From assembly GCA_963666365.2 (NCBI GenBank), contig CAXXNF010000002.1:320001-384000 (forward strand): DNA of 64,000 nucleotides. Direction: 5' to 3'. Source of the stretch: Syntrophales bacterium. GTDB lineage: Bacteria > Desulfobacterota > Syntrophia > Syntrophales > UBA2210. The position numbers and the translations under genes are program-made. The stretch's first letter is position 1; every line of letters begins with the position of its first letter. Positions 10,399 to 20,716 of this stretch are shown in pieces. Below the pieces are notes generated by a model. The model was given only the letters and a program-made list of their open reading frames with translations, was not told where the DNA came from and did no database searches.

Positions 10399-11766
10399 AT
10401 GGCGGTAAAGGAGTTTTGGAGACGGGGACTGCTGTCTGTTCTGGCAATTCTGATAGTATCTCCCTGGGTCAGTGCCCAGGAAGAACCCCTTCAGCTGACG
10501 CTGAAGAAAAGCATTGACCTTGCATTGACGCGCAGTCTTGCTATCAGTTCGGCCCGGGAAGGGGTCAGGGGGGCTGAATCGGCGCGAAAGGAGGCGAGGA
10601 CCTCTTTTCTCCCCAGGCTGAATACAAACTACAGCTATACGCGACTGAATGAAACGCCGGAGACGTCAGTCTTTGATCCGCTTATTCCCGGGTATAGAAG
10701 AATTCAAGCGGGGACGCGAGATAATTATGTCTGGGGTTTTGAAGTGACGCAACCGCTCTTTGCCGGCGGCGCCATTGCCAATGCCTATAAAATAGCAAAG
10801 CTCGGCGTGGATGTATCACGGGCGCTGCAGAGCGCAACCGCGCAGGATATCGTTTTGCAGGTGAAGGACGGGTATTTTAATATTCTCAAAGCGGAGCGCG
10901 TTCTTGAGGTAGCCAGACAATCGGTGGCGCAGCTCCGGGCGCATCGAGATATCGCGCAGAGCTTTTTCGATGTGGGGATCATTCCCAAGAACGATCTTCT
11001 CTATGCGGAAGTGGAACTGGCAGGCGGCATGCAGAACCTTGTGGCCGCCGAAAATGCCTTGGAACTTGCCAAGGCCCGTTTTAACACCACGCTTAGGCGA
11101 AGCATCAATGCGCCCGTGCAAGTGGAAGATATTCTGTCCTACCAGGCGTTCGAAAAAGAACTTGATGAATGCTTGAAGATTGCCTTCGAACGCCGTCCGG
11201 AGATTTCCCTCTACGAGCTTCAGGTGCAACAGTCGGACCGCACCGTCGATCTGGCGCGCAGCGGCTATTATCCAAAGGTGAGTCTCGTGGGGAACTATTC
11301 ACGCTATGGCGATGACCCGGGTGTCAGCGGAGGACCCTATCTGGAGGAAGAGGACTGGTACGTGATGGCCGTGGCTGATTGGAACTTCTGGGAGTGGGGA
11401 AAAACGAAGCACAGTGTCGACGCATCAAAAAGCAAGTCCATCCAAGCACAAAATGACCTGGCGAACGTAAGGGAATTAATCGCCCTGGAAGTCAAAAATG
11501 CGTACCTTGCCCTTCACGATGCGGAAAAAAGGATATTTGTGGCGGAAAAGGCGATTGTACAGGCTGAAGAAAACTTCAGAATCAATGAAGAACGCTATCG
11601 GGAACAGGTGGGAACCACCACTGACGTAATCGACGCGCAGACCCTGCTGACGAAGACCAAGTCGGACTATTACAACGCACTCAGCAACTACAACATTGCC
11701 TGGGGACGGCTGGAGCGATCAATGGGCATTGTCTATGAAGAACCGAAAGTGACGGATAATGAGTAA
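10399..11766 (+). CDS. TolC-family outer membrane efflux protein
   Basis: Signal peptide, two OEP repeats (FLPRL.., YYPKVSL), first gene of an efflux operon. Confidence 0.92.
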   Translation: MAVKEFWRRGLLSVLAILIVSPWVSAQEEPLQLTLKKSIDLALTRSLAISSAREGVRGAESARKEARTSFLPRLNTNYSYTRLNETPETSVFDPLIPGYRRIQAGTRDNYVWGFEVTQPLFAGGAIANAYKIAKLGVDVSRALQSATAQDIVLQVKDGYFNILKAERVLEVARQSVAQLRAHRDIAQSFFDVGIIPKNDLLYAEVELAGGMQNLVAAENALELAKARFNTTLRRSINAPVQVEDILSYQAFEKELDECLKIAFERRPEISLYELQVQQSDRTVDLARSGYYPKVSLVGNYSRYGDDPGVSGGPYLEEEDWYVMAVADWNFWEWGKTKHSVDASKSKSIQAQNDLANVRELIALEVKNAYLALHDAEKRIFVAEKAIVQAEENFRINEERYREQVGTTTDVIDAQTLLTKTKSDYYNALSNYNIAWGRLERSMGIVYEEPKVTDNE

Positions 11767-12943
11767 AGGCGGAACGGCGGCGGGGAAGACGCCCCTGTGG
11801 CGGTATGCGGCAGCGGGGGCGTTGATGGTCCTGTTCGCCCTGTCTTCCGGGTGTGATGATGACAACTGGAGGTCGGAAAAAATTCAGCCCCCTGAGGCGG
11901 GGTCACGGGTCAGGATTCAGGTGGAGGTCGTTGAGGTGCGGCATGGAGATGTCTATTCCCCCATTCGGGCGACGGGCACGGTCGTTGCCGATATAGAAGC
12001 GAAGGTGAGCGCAAAGGTATCGGGGCGCATAGAAGTCGTTGCCGTGGATGAGGGAGATCGAATGAGTGAAGGGGGGCTTATTGCACGCCTGGAACAGAGG
12101 GATTTTGAACTCACCTACAAAAGCGCCCTGGCGCAGCGTGATATGGTGAAGGCCTCTGCACGGGAAGCCACGCTGAACCTGACCAATGTAACGCGTGAAA
12201 AATTGCGGATAGAGAATCTTTATCAGCGTAAGGTGGTATCTCAGCAGTCCTATGACGATGCCGTCACTGCCTATCGCATGGCCCTGGCCCGTGTCGATGT
12301 GCTGGAGGCGCAGTCTAAAGCGGCGATTGCCGACCTTGAACTGGCCAGGCGCCGCCTCGAAGATTCCCGCGTAACCGCCCCCTTTTCAGGGTATGTGACC
12401 GAAAAATACGTCAATGAAGGGGAATTTATTTCTCCCGGTATGCCGATTGTGACGATCATGAACATCGATCAGGTGAAGGCTGAGGTGAAAGTTCCCGAGA
12501 TGGAACTGACGAGAGTCGCCCTGGGGATTCCCGTGGATTTGGAAATCGACGCCCTTGAAGATCATCGATTCGAAGGGCAGATATCAGCAATAAATGCGCG
12601 CGTCGATCCGATCAACAGAAACTTTACCGTAAAAATTAAGATCCCGAATCCAAAACACCTTATAAAGTCAGGGATGTTTGCCCGTATTACCATAAAAACC
12701 GATATCATACGAGACGTGCCGGTTGTGCCCGAAAGGGCCCTCGTTGCCGATGCGCAGGGAGGGAATGCGGTATTCATGCTGGAGAACGGAAAGGCACGGT
12801 GCAGGTCCGTGATAGTCGGGGCACGAGGAGAAGGCATTGTACAAATAAAAGAAGGACTTGCGCGCGGAGAAACAATCCTAGTTTCAGGGAACTACGGCCT
12901 GACCGACGGAAGTGAGGTGGACGCGAGGGAAGTAAGGTACTGA
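11759..12943 (+). CDS. RND efflux periplasmic adaptor (MFP)
   Basis: Lipobox-like LSSGC, VSAKVSGRI..V.EGD, VTAPFSGYV, IKSGMFA. Confidence 0.92.
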   Translation: MSKGGTAAGKTPLWRYAAAGALMVLFALSSGCDDDNWRSEKIQPPEAGSRVRIQVEVVEVRHGDVYSPIRATGTVVADIEAKVSAKVSGRIEVVAVDEGDRMSEGGLIARLEQRDFELTYKSALAQRDMVKASAREATLNLTNVTREKLRIENLYQRKVVSQQSYDDAVTAYRMALARVDVLEAQSKAAIADLELARRRLEDSRVTAPFSGYVTEKYVNEGEFISPGMPIVTIMNIDQVKAEVKVPEMELTRVALGIPVDLEIDALEDHRFEGQISAINARVDPINRNFTVKIKIPNPKHLIKSGMFARITIKTDIIRDVPVVPERALVADAQGGNAVFMLENGKARCRSVIVGARGEGIVQIKEGLARGETILVSGNYGLTDGSEVDAREVRY

Positions 12944-12960
12944 CAGCCCCGAGGTTTTCT

Positions 12961-15900
12961 ATGACCATTCCTGAGTTTTCAGTCAAACGCAAGATTACCG
13001 TACTCATGATGATTATGATCGTGATGCTTTTCGGTGTGCTGGCGTTTTCTCGACTGGGCCTCGACATGATGCCGGAACTCGAATATCCGGTGGTGTCGGT
13101 TATCACCACCTATGAAGGAGTTTCGTCGGAAGATATCGAAAATCTGATCACCAGGCAGGTAGAGGAAGTGGTCAGCTCCGTGAAGAACGTCAAAGAGGTC
13201 AGCTCCCTTTCTCAGGAGGGAATTTCTGCGGTAATCGTCGAATTCGAATGGGGGGTCAATCTTGATTTCGCTGCCCAGGATGTCCGGGAAAAACTGTCCT
13301 GGCTGACCGATTATCTGCCCGAGGATGCAGATTCGCCCCTGGTAGTCAAGTTCAATACGTCCGATTACCCGATTCTCTATTACGGGGTTACGGGGATGGA
13401 GAATACGCAGGTATTGCGGGAATACCTGGACGATAATGTGAAGCCCCGGATAGAGAGGATCGAGGGGGTGGCATCCATCTTTATTCTGGGCGGGCTTGAA
13501 AGAGAAATAAACGTGTTTGTAGACAGGCAAAAACTCAAGGCCTTCAATCTCTCCATAGAACAAATGATTGCCAAACTCGCTCAGGAAAATGTCAACGTCT
13601 CAGGGGGGCACCTCACAAAGGGAAGCACTGAATATCTCATCAGGACGATGGGCGAGTACAAGGATATGGAATCCATTCGTAACACCATTGTGACCATGCA
13701 CGGTGGAACGCCGGTGTACGTGAACGATGTGGCCACGGTAAAGGATACCTACAAGGAGATTCGGAATCGGGCACGCACAAATCGTCGACCCTCGGTGATT
13801 ATGATGGTGATGAAACAGGCGGGGAAGAACTCCGTTACCGTAACGAACCGCATCAACAAAACCCTGGACGAGTTCAGGGCGCGCATGCCCAAGGATGTCG
13901 CCTTTTATGCCGTAATGGACCAGGCGCGCATTATAAAAACGGTGACACGAAATACGGGACAGAATGCGATCATAGGTGCTGTTCTGGCCATTGTCATGGT
14001 ATTTCTCTTTCTGTGGAACTGGCGGCCGACGCTGACGATCGCAGTTGCCGTGCCGCTCTCGGGCATTACAACGGCTCTCGGGCTCTATGCCTTCGACTAT
14101 ACCCTGAACATTATGACGCTCGGCGGTATGGCGCTGGGTGTGGGTATGCTTGTTGACAACGCCGTGGTGGTGATTGAAAATATTTTTCGCCATCGAGAAG
14201 AGGGGGAAAGTCCAGATGTAGCAGCAGCCGAAGGCGCCCGGGAAGTAGGCATGGCTATCACCGCATCCACGCTGACCACCATATCTGTCTTTATCCCCAT
14301 GACGCTGTCCAGTGGGGTGGCAGGCCGTCTTTCCCGTCCGCTGGCCGTAACGGTAGCCCTTGCGCTTTTGGCCTCGCTTTTTGTGGCGCTTACCATCGTG
14401 CCGATGCTCTCGTCAGTACTGGCTGAAGGCGCCGGGCAACGAAAAAAAGCCGAGGGCAAGGCGCACGGCATGTTTTCAACTGTACGAAAGCGTTATGAAC
14501 GACTTTTGCGCTGGGGGCTTTCCTGGAGAAAGACAGTGACGGCAGCGGCGCTTGCGGTGTTTCTTTTGAGTCTCGCAATGATACCCCTGCTCGGTACGGA
14601 ATTCATGCCGAAAGAAGACTTTCCCATTCTGGCCTTGCGGGCGACCCTTCCTGTAGGGACATCACTGGAAGAATCAAACAGGGTGATCCGCTCCATCGAA
14701 GAGGTCATACTGCATCAGCCGGAAACGCTCTTCTGCACTTCCTTTGTGGGATTGTCAAGGGAATCGAAGGTTGACGCCGCCTGGGGAACCGGACCGGCTG
14801 ACGTGAGTGAAGCGGTGATCTATACGCGTCTTGCCGACAAAGAAGATCGGGTCCGTTCATCAGAAGAAATCCTTGATGACGTAAGGCGGCAGATTCCTGT
14901 TATTGAGGGGGCAAAATTCGATTTTTTCGATATACAGCAGGTATTTCTGGGAAGTACGGGGGGAAACTCGCCGGTAGCCGTCAAGGTCTTCGGAAAGGAT
15001 TTGGAAACACTGAAAGACATCACCGATCGTCTGGTCCGGGAGAGCGCCTCCATTAAGGGGCTTCGCGATATCGACACGACGCTTAAAATGGGCAAACCCG
15101 AACTGCAGGTTATGGTAGACCGTGAAAAGGCCTCTCAGGTAGGGCTGACGGTGGGCCAGATTGCCCGCGCCGTCAAGGCAGGATTTCTGGGAATCGTGTC
15201 CACACGGTATCGGATCGGCGGCGACGAATACGACATCAGAATACGGTATCGCGACCGGGACCGTCAAACTGAGGACGATGTGAAAAATATATGCCTGGTG
15301 ACGCAGAGAGGAGATCAGATTCCACTGTACCAGATCGCGCGCATTGAAGAGAAAATGGGACCGGTAAAGATATTGCGGGAAGATCAGGAACGCAAAGTTA
15401 CCATGACGGCCAACACCTATCAGCGTGATATCGGGAGTATCGTTGCAGACATCAAGAAAGCGGAATCTCGGATAGATATTCCGGAAGGATATTTTGTTGA
15501 ATACGGCGGCGCTTACCAGGATATGGAGGAGGCATTCTCGTCGCTGTTAATGGCCCTGGGTATTGCCGTGATTCTGATATATATGATCATGGCGGCCCAG
15601 TTCGAATCGCTGCGACACCCCCTGGTTATCATGATGACGGTGCCGCTGTCATTCATAGGGGTGGTATTCGGATTGTATCTTTTTGGAAAAACTCTTTCAG
15701 TTCCTGCGTTTATGGGAATTCTCATACTTTCCGGTGTAGTGGTGAACAACGGCATTGTGATGATCGACTATATCAATCAGCTTCGTCGGCGTGGCATGGA
15801 TGCCTATGGGGCAATCATCGAGGGGGCTGCAATGCGACTCCGCCCCATATTGATAACGACCTTTACCACCGTATTCGGCATGTTGCCCATGGCCCTGAGC

Positions 15901-16029
15901 CGGACCCAGGGATCGGAACTCCGCTCGCCGATGGCGATTGCCGTGGGATGCGGGCTTCTTTTTTCCATGTTTCTGACGCTGCTGGTTATTCCTGTTGTGT
16001 ACAGCATCTTTGACAGAGTCAAAAAATAG
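12961..16029 (+). CDS. RND efflux permease (AcrB/AcrD/AcrF family)
   Basis: 1022 aa; GMLVDNAVVVIENI, GVVVNNGIVMID, RLRPILIT. Confidence 0.96.
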   Translation: MTIPEFSVKRKITVLMMIMIVMLFGVLAFSRLGLDMMPELEYPVVSVITTYEGVSSEDIENLITRQVEEVVSSVKNVKEVSSLSQEGISAVIVEFEWGVNLDFAAQDVREKLSWLTDYLPEDADSPLVVKFNTSDYPILYYGVTGMENTQVLREYLDDNVKPRIERIEGVASIFILGGLEREINVFVDRQKLKAFNLSIEQMIAKLAQENVNVSGGHLTKGSTEYLIRTMGEYKDMESIRNTIVTMHGGTPVYVNDVATVKDTYKEIRNRARTNRRPSVIMMVMKQAGKNSVTVTNRINKTLDEFRARMPKDVAFYAVMDQARIIKTVTRNTGQNAIIGAVLAIVMVFLFLWNWRPTLTIAVAVPLSGITTALGLYAFDYTLNIMTLGGMALGVGMLVDNAVVVIENIFRHREEGESPDVAAAEGAREVGMAITASTLTTISVFIPMTLSSGVAGRLSRPLAVTVALALLASLFVALTIVPMLSSVLAEGAGQRKKAEGKAHGMFSTVRKRYERLLRWGLSWRKTVTAAALAVFLLSLAMIPLLGTEFMPKEDFPILALRATLPVGTSLEESNRVIRSIEEVILHQPETLFCTSFVGLSRESKVDAAWGTGPADVSEAVIYTRLADKEDRVRSSEEILDDVRRQIPVIEGAKFDFFDIQQVFLGSTGGNSPVAVKVFGKDLETLKDITDRLVRESASIKGLRDIDTTLKMGKPELQVMVDREKASQVGLTVGQIARAVKAGFLGIVSTRYRIGGDEYDIRIRYRDRDRQTEDDVKNICLVTQRGDQIPLYQIARIEEKMGPVKILREDQERKVTMTANTYQRDIGSIVADIKKAESRIDIPEGYFVEYGGAYQDMEEAFSSLLMALGIAVILIYMIMAAQFESLRHPLVIMMTVPLSFIGVVFGLYLFGKTLSVPAFMGILILSGVVVNNGIVMIDYINQLRRRGMDAYGAIIEGAAMRLRPILITTFTTVFGMLPMALSRTQGSELRSPMAIAVGCGLLFSMFLTLLVIPVVYSIFDRVKK

Positions 16030-16132
16030 GGACACTTCCCTATTTATGGGCTGTAAGTGCCTATAAAACAAGTGGATATTTGAGATAACTTTTGTAAGCC
16101 ACAGGGAGAAAATAGGGAAGTGTCCCCGTTTT
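16024..16132. repeat. REPIN-like inverted pair GGGACACTTCCCTATTT / AAATAGGGAAGTGTCCC
   Basis: 17-bp perfect inverted repeat around a spacer of about 64 bp, starting at the RND stop codon; the first unit is itself a hairpin. Confidence 0.75.
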
Positions 16133-16208
16133 GAGGTTGAAACAGAGATGAAGAGCGGCTACACTCTTTATTTATGTACCGCAATCAATAGGTAAGGAGG
16201 TTTGGCGG

Positions 16209-16511
16209 ATGGCTGATTTTATCAAGAAGAGCATGCTTATGGGGTTTGGTCTCGTTTCGTTGACCCGGGAGAAGGCGGAAACCTTTATCGATGACTTGAT
16301 CAAACGGGGTGAGCTTTCGGAAAAAGAGGGCAGAGACGCCGTAGATGAGCTGGTGGAAAAGTCAAAAGAGCTGAAAAAGGATTTATCCCACAAAGTGGAA
16401 AGTATTGTGTCTGACACGATAAAAAAGATGAATATTCCGACGCGAAGCGAGATTGACGAGCTGAAAAAGAAAATAGCGGAGCTTGAGGTAAAAAGTATCG
16501 GCGAGGAATAA
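16209..16511 (+). CDS. Phasin/PhaF-PhaI-like polyhydroxyalkanoate granule-associated protein
   Basis: KKSMLMGFGLVSLTREKAE..DDLIKRGELS..EG, NIPTRSEIDEL. Confidence 0.8.
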   Translation: MADFIKKSMLMGFGLVSLTREKAETFIDDLIKRGELSEKEGRDAVDELVEKSKELKKDLSHKVESIVSDTIKKMNIPTRSEIDELKKKIAELEVKSIGEE

Positions 16512-16514
16512 TCG

Positions 16515-18191
16515 ATGCTCATTCGACAGCTCGGCATCGTTTCCAGGACCTACCGGCACGTCAACAGGTACCGTCAGATTCTGGGCGTGCTGTTTACGTA
16601 CGGCTACGGTGATTTGGTGGACCGGCTCAATGTCGATCAGTATATTGAGATCGGAATGCAGCTTATCACTCGAAAGCGCTCGGGAAAGGCAGCGAAACTC
16701 AGCAGGGCCGAGCGCATCAGAATCGCGCTGGAAGATCTGGGGCCGACTTTCGTTAAGCTGGGGCAGATCCTTTCGACACGCCCCGATATTATTCCCCCCG
16801 ATGTTATCAGGGAGCTCGAAAAACTTCAGGACAATGTTCCCCCCTTTCCTTTTTCCGAGGCAAAAGAAACGATAGAGAGGGAGTTGGGGAAACCGGTCGA
16901 AGAGCTCTTTGTCTCTATCGATGAAAAACCGCTGGCAGCCGCTTCGATAGGGCAGGTTCACCGCGCCCGTTTGAAAAACGGTGAAGAGATCATCGTCAAG
17001 GTCCGTCGTCCGGGCATAGGCGCTGAAATAGAAGTGGATCTGGAAATTCTTCTGCATCTGGCAACGTTGGCGGAGAGCCATATCGATGAGATGGCCATAT
17101 ACAAACCGACAAAGATCGTGGAAGAGTTTTCCCGCACAATGGAAAACGAAATCGACTATACCGTCGAAGCATTGTATGCGGAAAGATTTGGAAGACAGTT
17201 CCTCCATAATCCCGCCATTTATGTGCCCTCTGTGATGAGTGACCTCTCCACTGCGCGTGTGCTGATAATGGAATATGTGGAGGGGATCAAGGCATCGGAG
17301 ATCGATGTTCTTGATGAAAAGGGATATGATCGCAGGATCATTGCCGAAAAGGGCGCCGATCTCCTCTTGCAACAGGTCTTTGATTACGGATTCTTTCATG
17401 CCGATCCTCATCCGGGCAATCTCTGTATTCTACCCGGCAACGTGGTCTGCTTCATGGATTTTGGAATGATGGGAACTGTGGACCGGCGGTCGCGCGAGGA
17501 CCTTGCCGACATGGTCTATGCCATTGTGAAGCGGGATGAAGAAAAGGCGACGGATGCATTGCTTGCAATTGTGGAAATTGATGGAGAACCGGACCGGCGT
17601 GTTCTTGAAGCCGATGTGGCAACCCTCATGGAGATGTATGCCTACAAACCCCTGAAGGAGATACGGATCGAAAAGGTTCTGCGGCAAATGCTTGATATTA
17701 TTTCCCGGCACAGGCTGCGCCTTCCCTTTGACAAATTCCTTATGATGAAGGCCCTTGCCACGATGGAGGGGCTTGGTCTCGTGCTCGATCCCGATTTCGA
17801 CATGACCCTGCGGGCGGCGCCGTTCATAGAGCGCATAAAGCTTGAACGGTTGAGTCCAAGGCGTATCGTCGATGAGATGATAACGATGGGTGCTGATGTC
17901 ATTCGACTGGCTCGTGCCACCCCCGATGAAGTGCTGGATATCATGAAACAGATCAAGCAGGGAAAGATAAGGCTGGAGCTCGATCATCACGGACTTGATA
18001 TGCTCAAGGCGGCCCTGGATAGTACGGGGTACCGAATCTCGCTTGCCCTTGTGGCCGGCGCCCTCATTATCGGTTCATCCCTCATCATAAGCGCGGGAAA
18101 GGGGATCAGTCTTTTCGGTTTTCCCGTGCTCGGACTGGCGGGATTAATGATTGCGGCGCTGCTGGCCCTCTTGATGATCGTCAAGCGGTAG
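16515..18191 (+). CDS. AarF/ABC1/UbiB-family atypical kinase
   Basis: LGPTFVKLGQILSTRPD, AAASIGQVH, FFHADPHPGN, DFGM. Confidence 0.93.
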   Translation: MLIRQLGIVSRTYRHVNRYRQILGVLFTYGYGDLVDRLNVDQYIEIGMQLITRKRSGKAAKLSRAERIRIALEDLGPTFVKLGQILSTRPDIIPPDVIRELEKLQDNVPPFPFSEAKETIERELGKPVEELFVSIDEKPLAAASIGQVHRARLKNGEEIIVKVRRPGIGAEIEVDLEILLHLATLAESHIDEMAIYKPTKIVEEFSRTMENEIDYTVEALYAERFGRQFLHNPAIYVPSVMSDLSTARVLIMEYVEGIKASEIDVLDEKGYDRRIIAEKGADLLLQQVFDYGFFHADPHPGNLCILPGNVVCFMDFGMMGTVDRRSREDLADMVYAIVKRDEEKATDALLAIVEIDGEPDRRVLEADVATLMEMYAYKPLKEIRIEKVLRQMLDIISRHRLRLPFDKFLMMKALATMEGLGLVLDPDFDMTLRAAPFIERIKLERLSPRRIVDEMITMGADVIRLARATPDEVLDIMKQIKQGKIRLELDHHGLDMLKAALDSTGYRISLALVAGALIIGSSLIISAGKGISLFGFPVLGLAGLMIAALLALLMIVKR

Positions 18192-18192
18192 C

Positions 18193-18255
18193 GTGGGGAA
18201 GGTAAGAAAGGTAAGAAAAGTAGGAAGAGTAGGAAGAGTGGGAAGAGGAAGAAAG
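18193..18255 (+). repeat. Degenerate 9-bp purine-rich tandem repeat (GTAGGAAGA), 7 units
   Basis: gtggggaag gtaagaaag gtaagaaaa gtaggaaga gtaggaaga gtgggaaga ggaagaaag. Confidence 0.85.
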
Positions 18256-18265
18256 GCAGTGGGCG

Positions 18266-18520
18266 CTATTTCTTCCTCATTTTTTTTACGAATACATCTA
18301 CGTCATGTTCGCTGGTCAGTGTGTAGACGGGGAGGCGCCCGAAGGGCTCTCTGTCGACGCAGGCGGTGGCGCATCCCGCCACGATGAGGAATGCCTCGGC
18401 ATCCTCATCGTGATGCGGGACGAAATCTATGTGGGTGAGCTGTTCTTTCAAGCGGGCTACCGCCGCCACACGGTCGTATCCGGGGTTGCAGCCCCCGCAG
18501 TACTTGATTCCGATTTTCAG
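18266..18520 (-). CDS. Small Cys-rich conserved protein (KYCGGCNP...GCATAC), probable CTG start
   Basis: The frame extends upstream of the ORF-track start to CTG AAA ATC GGA ATC AAG TAC TGC GGG GGC TGC AAC CCC; CTGA overlaps the abfD stop; AAGGGGA RBS upstream. Confidence 0.7.
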   Translation of the reverse strand: MKIGIKYCGGCNPGYDRVAAVARLKEQLTHIDFVPHHDEDAEAFLIVAGCATACVDREPFGRLPVYTLTSEHDVDVFVKKMRKK

Positions 18521-19980
18521 CTTAGATGATCCCCTTTCTCAATTCCGCACAGTTCCCTGGCCAGGCGCTGTTTCTCTTTCATGTTTACCATACGCGTAAT
18601 CATGATGCGCTGGGCCTGGGGCGAACCGGCGCCGTGCATCGATTCGGTCAGATAGCCCACAGCGGCTGTGCCGAGTGTCAGGTTTTCGATCAGGCGAAGG
18701 ACGCGCATCCTGTGTTCAGTAGGAACGTCGGCCTTTGTTTTGTAGTATTTGTCCAGCCACTTACCCACTTCGGGAGAGCGGAAGTCGGCATCAGAGGGAA
18801 GCGTAACCATCAGGCCGCCGGCGATGTCCTGGGCGATGCGGCTGATCTCATAGGGGAAGCGGGTCACGTTGTGCTTGTGAATATTGGCCAGAAGCACATT
18901 GACCAGATAGGTGCCGCTCGGCTCCCTGTGTCCCTCGGAGGCGCAGGCGATGCAGCCGCAGTAGAGCGTCTCGTTCAGGTGATTCATTTCCACGATTTTG
19001 TCTTTGACATGGGATGCCCGCTCGGCGCCGTTCATCTCGGCGATCGTCTGGGTGGCGCCGATAAGCACATCGCCCACGCCCACCTTGCAGGCGTAGCTCT
19101 GGCGATGGTAGGAGGCAAAGTTTTCCACCAGGGCAGTGGAAAAATCGTATTCCTTGTACATAAAGACCCGATCCCAGGGGACGAAAACGTGATCGAAGAC
19201 GACGAGCGCCTCGTGACCGCCGTAATACATGTTGCCCCGGTCCATGGTCATGCCTTCCAGCTTGCGGGTGTCGCAGGACTGGCGGCCCATGATGTAGGTG
19301 ATGCCTTCAGAATCGCTGGGGATGGCGAAGGAAACGGCGTAGTCTCTGTCCTCCTCCCTCATAGTGATGGTGGGCATGATAATGATCTCCTGAGAATTCA
19401 GCGCGCCGGTCTGATGGGCCTTGGCGCCGCAGACCACGATGCCGTCTGCTTTCTCTTCCACCACGTGGAGAAACATATCCGGATCGGGCTGCTTGTGAGG
19501 CGGCAGGGACCGGTCGCCTTTCGTGTCGGTCATGGCGCCGTCGCAGGTAAGATCGTTTTTCTGGACGTACTTGAGAAATTCGATAAACCGCTTGCTGTAT
19601 TCCGTGCCATACTTGGCATCGATATCATAGGTGACAATGGAAAGCGCATTCATGGCGTCCATGCCCACGCACCGCTGGAAACAGCACCCCGTCTTTCCGC
19701 CTAACAACCGACCCATCTTACTTTTTTTAACAAGATCGTCTACACTCTGGTGAATGTGGGTGAAACGGTTGACCCGCTCGCCTGTCAGGTGCGACGTTGC
19801 CACCATCAGATCTTCGTATTCCGGCCTGTGAGCCAGTTCGTAGGTGGCGGCGACGGCATTCATAGAGGGGCGGATGATGGGATCGTCAACTACGTTTTCT
19901 ATCTTCTTGCCGAACATATACACATTAAGGTTTAATTTCCTTAGACTTTCCTCATATTGCGCGGCATTCATCAAGGCCAT
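18517..19980 (-). CDS. abfD: 4-hydroxybutyryl-CoA dehydratase / vinylacetyl-CoA delta-isomerase
   Basis: NRFTHIHQS, CFQRCVGMDA (Fe-S Cys), GAMTD.KGDR, YHRQSYACK, ESMHGAGSPQAQ. Confidence 0.92.
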   Translation of the reverse strand: MALMNAAQYEESLRKLNLNVYMFGKKIENVVDDPIIRPSMNAVAATYELAHRPEYEDLMVATSHLTGERVNRFTHIHQSVDDLVKKSKMGRLLGGKTGCCFQRCVGMDAMNALSIVTYDIDAKYGTEYSKRFIEFLKYVQKNDLTCDGAMTDTKGDRSLPPHKQPDPDMFLHVVEEKADGIVVCGAKAHQTGALNSQEIIIMPTITMREEDRDYAVSFAIPSDSEGITYIMGRQSCDTRKLEGMTMDRGNMYYGGHEALVVFDHVFVPWDRVFMYKEYDFSTALVENFASYHRQSYACKVGVGDVLIGATQTIAEMNGAERASHVKDKIVEMNHLNETLYCGCIACASEGHREPSGTYLVNVLLANIHKHNVTRFPYEISRIAQDIAGGLMVTLPSDADFRSPEVGKWLDKYYKTKADVPTEHRMRVLRLIENLTLGTAAVGYLTESMHGAGSPQAQRIMITRMVNMKEKQRLARELCGIEKGDHLS

Positions 19981-20186
19981 AGATTAAAAACCTCCTTTTC
20001 AAATTAATTGAGAACGACAAAGTATACACTGTACAGGTCTGGATGACAAGATCATAAGGGAAAAGAATTTCAGTTCTTATAATTGGGGTTGTTGCGTGTA
20101 CATGCGCAGCGCCCAACTGATCGGTTGCGTTGCGGGATTTCACATTATTCTTGCCATGTGATTGGTCATGATGGTATAGCCGGACC

Positions 20187-20432
20187 ATGACAGAGTCAAT
20201 GGGTTTCAACATTATTGTTGTTGCGATGGGAGTCCTTTTCTGGCTGACGGCGGGGAAAATTTACGACTCACATCGCAATACGCAAGAGAACTTTCCCCTC
20301 ATATTTAAATTAACGGGCCTGAACGTTCGCTATATCGATAACAAGGATCTGTGGATGAGATGTTTCAGACGCCAGGTAATCCTGGTAGTGATCCTCTTTG
20401 TTGCCGTTATGGTGATGAACAGTGTTGTGTAA
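20187..20432 (+). CDS. Small two-TM hypothetical membrane protein
   Basis: 81 aa with hydrophobic N- and C-terminal helices. Confidence 0.5.
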   Translation: MTESMGFNIIVVAMGVLFWLTAGKIYDSHRNTQENFPLIFKLTGLNVRYIDNKDLWMRCFRRQVILVVILFVAVMVMNSVV

Positions 20433-20433
20433 C

Positions 20434-20505
20434 GGTCCGTCTGGTCTATTTGGTCTGTCTGGTCTGTTTGGTCTGTCTGGTCTGTTTGGTCTGTCTGGTC
20501 TATTT
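20434..20505. repeat. 9-bp tandem repeat GGTCTGT(C/T)T, 8 units
   Basis: Units end alternately in TCT and TTT, giving an 18-bp higher-order period. Confidence 0.92.
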
Positions 20506-20716
20506 GGTTGGCTTGCCGTGTATCACATGGTTCCGGAAAGCGGTACGGTTCTTGTGGATTAAGCCTTCAGGAACTTCCTCGACGAGGAAGAAAAAACTGT
20601 CCTTCCAATCCAATTATGATATAAGAGGCAAATTTAATACGATAATTGAGTACATAATCGAAAAGACGATTATGAAATAGCTCTATTAGCGTTAGCATTA
20701 CCCAGCGGGAAGAACA

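Noticed and set aside
18526..19704. Long antisense ORFs opposite abfD (and 60002-61210 opposite its paralog)
   Set aside because: Shadow ORFs caused by strong codon bias of the sense genes; no recognisable motifs.
20351..20680. ORF with LVCLVCLVC repeats (also 18193-18387 with KVRKVGRVGR)
   Set aside because: These are translations of non-coding 9-bp tandem repeats.
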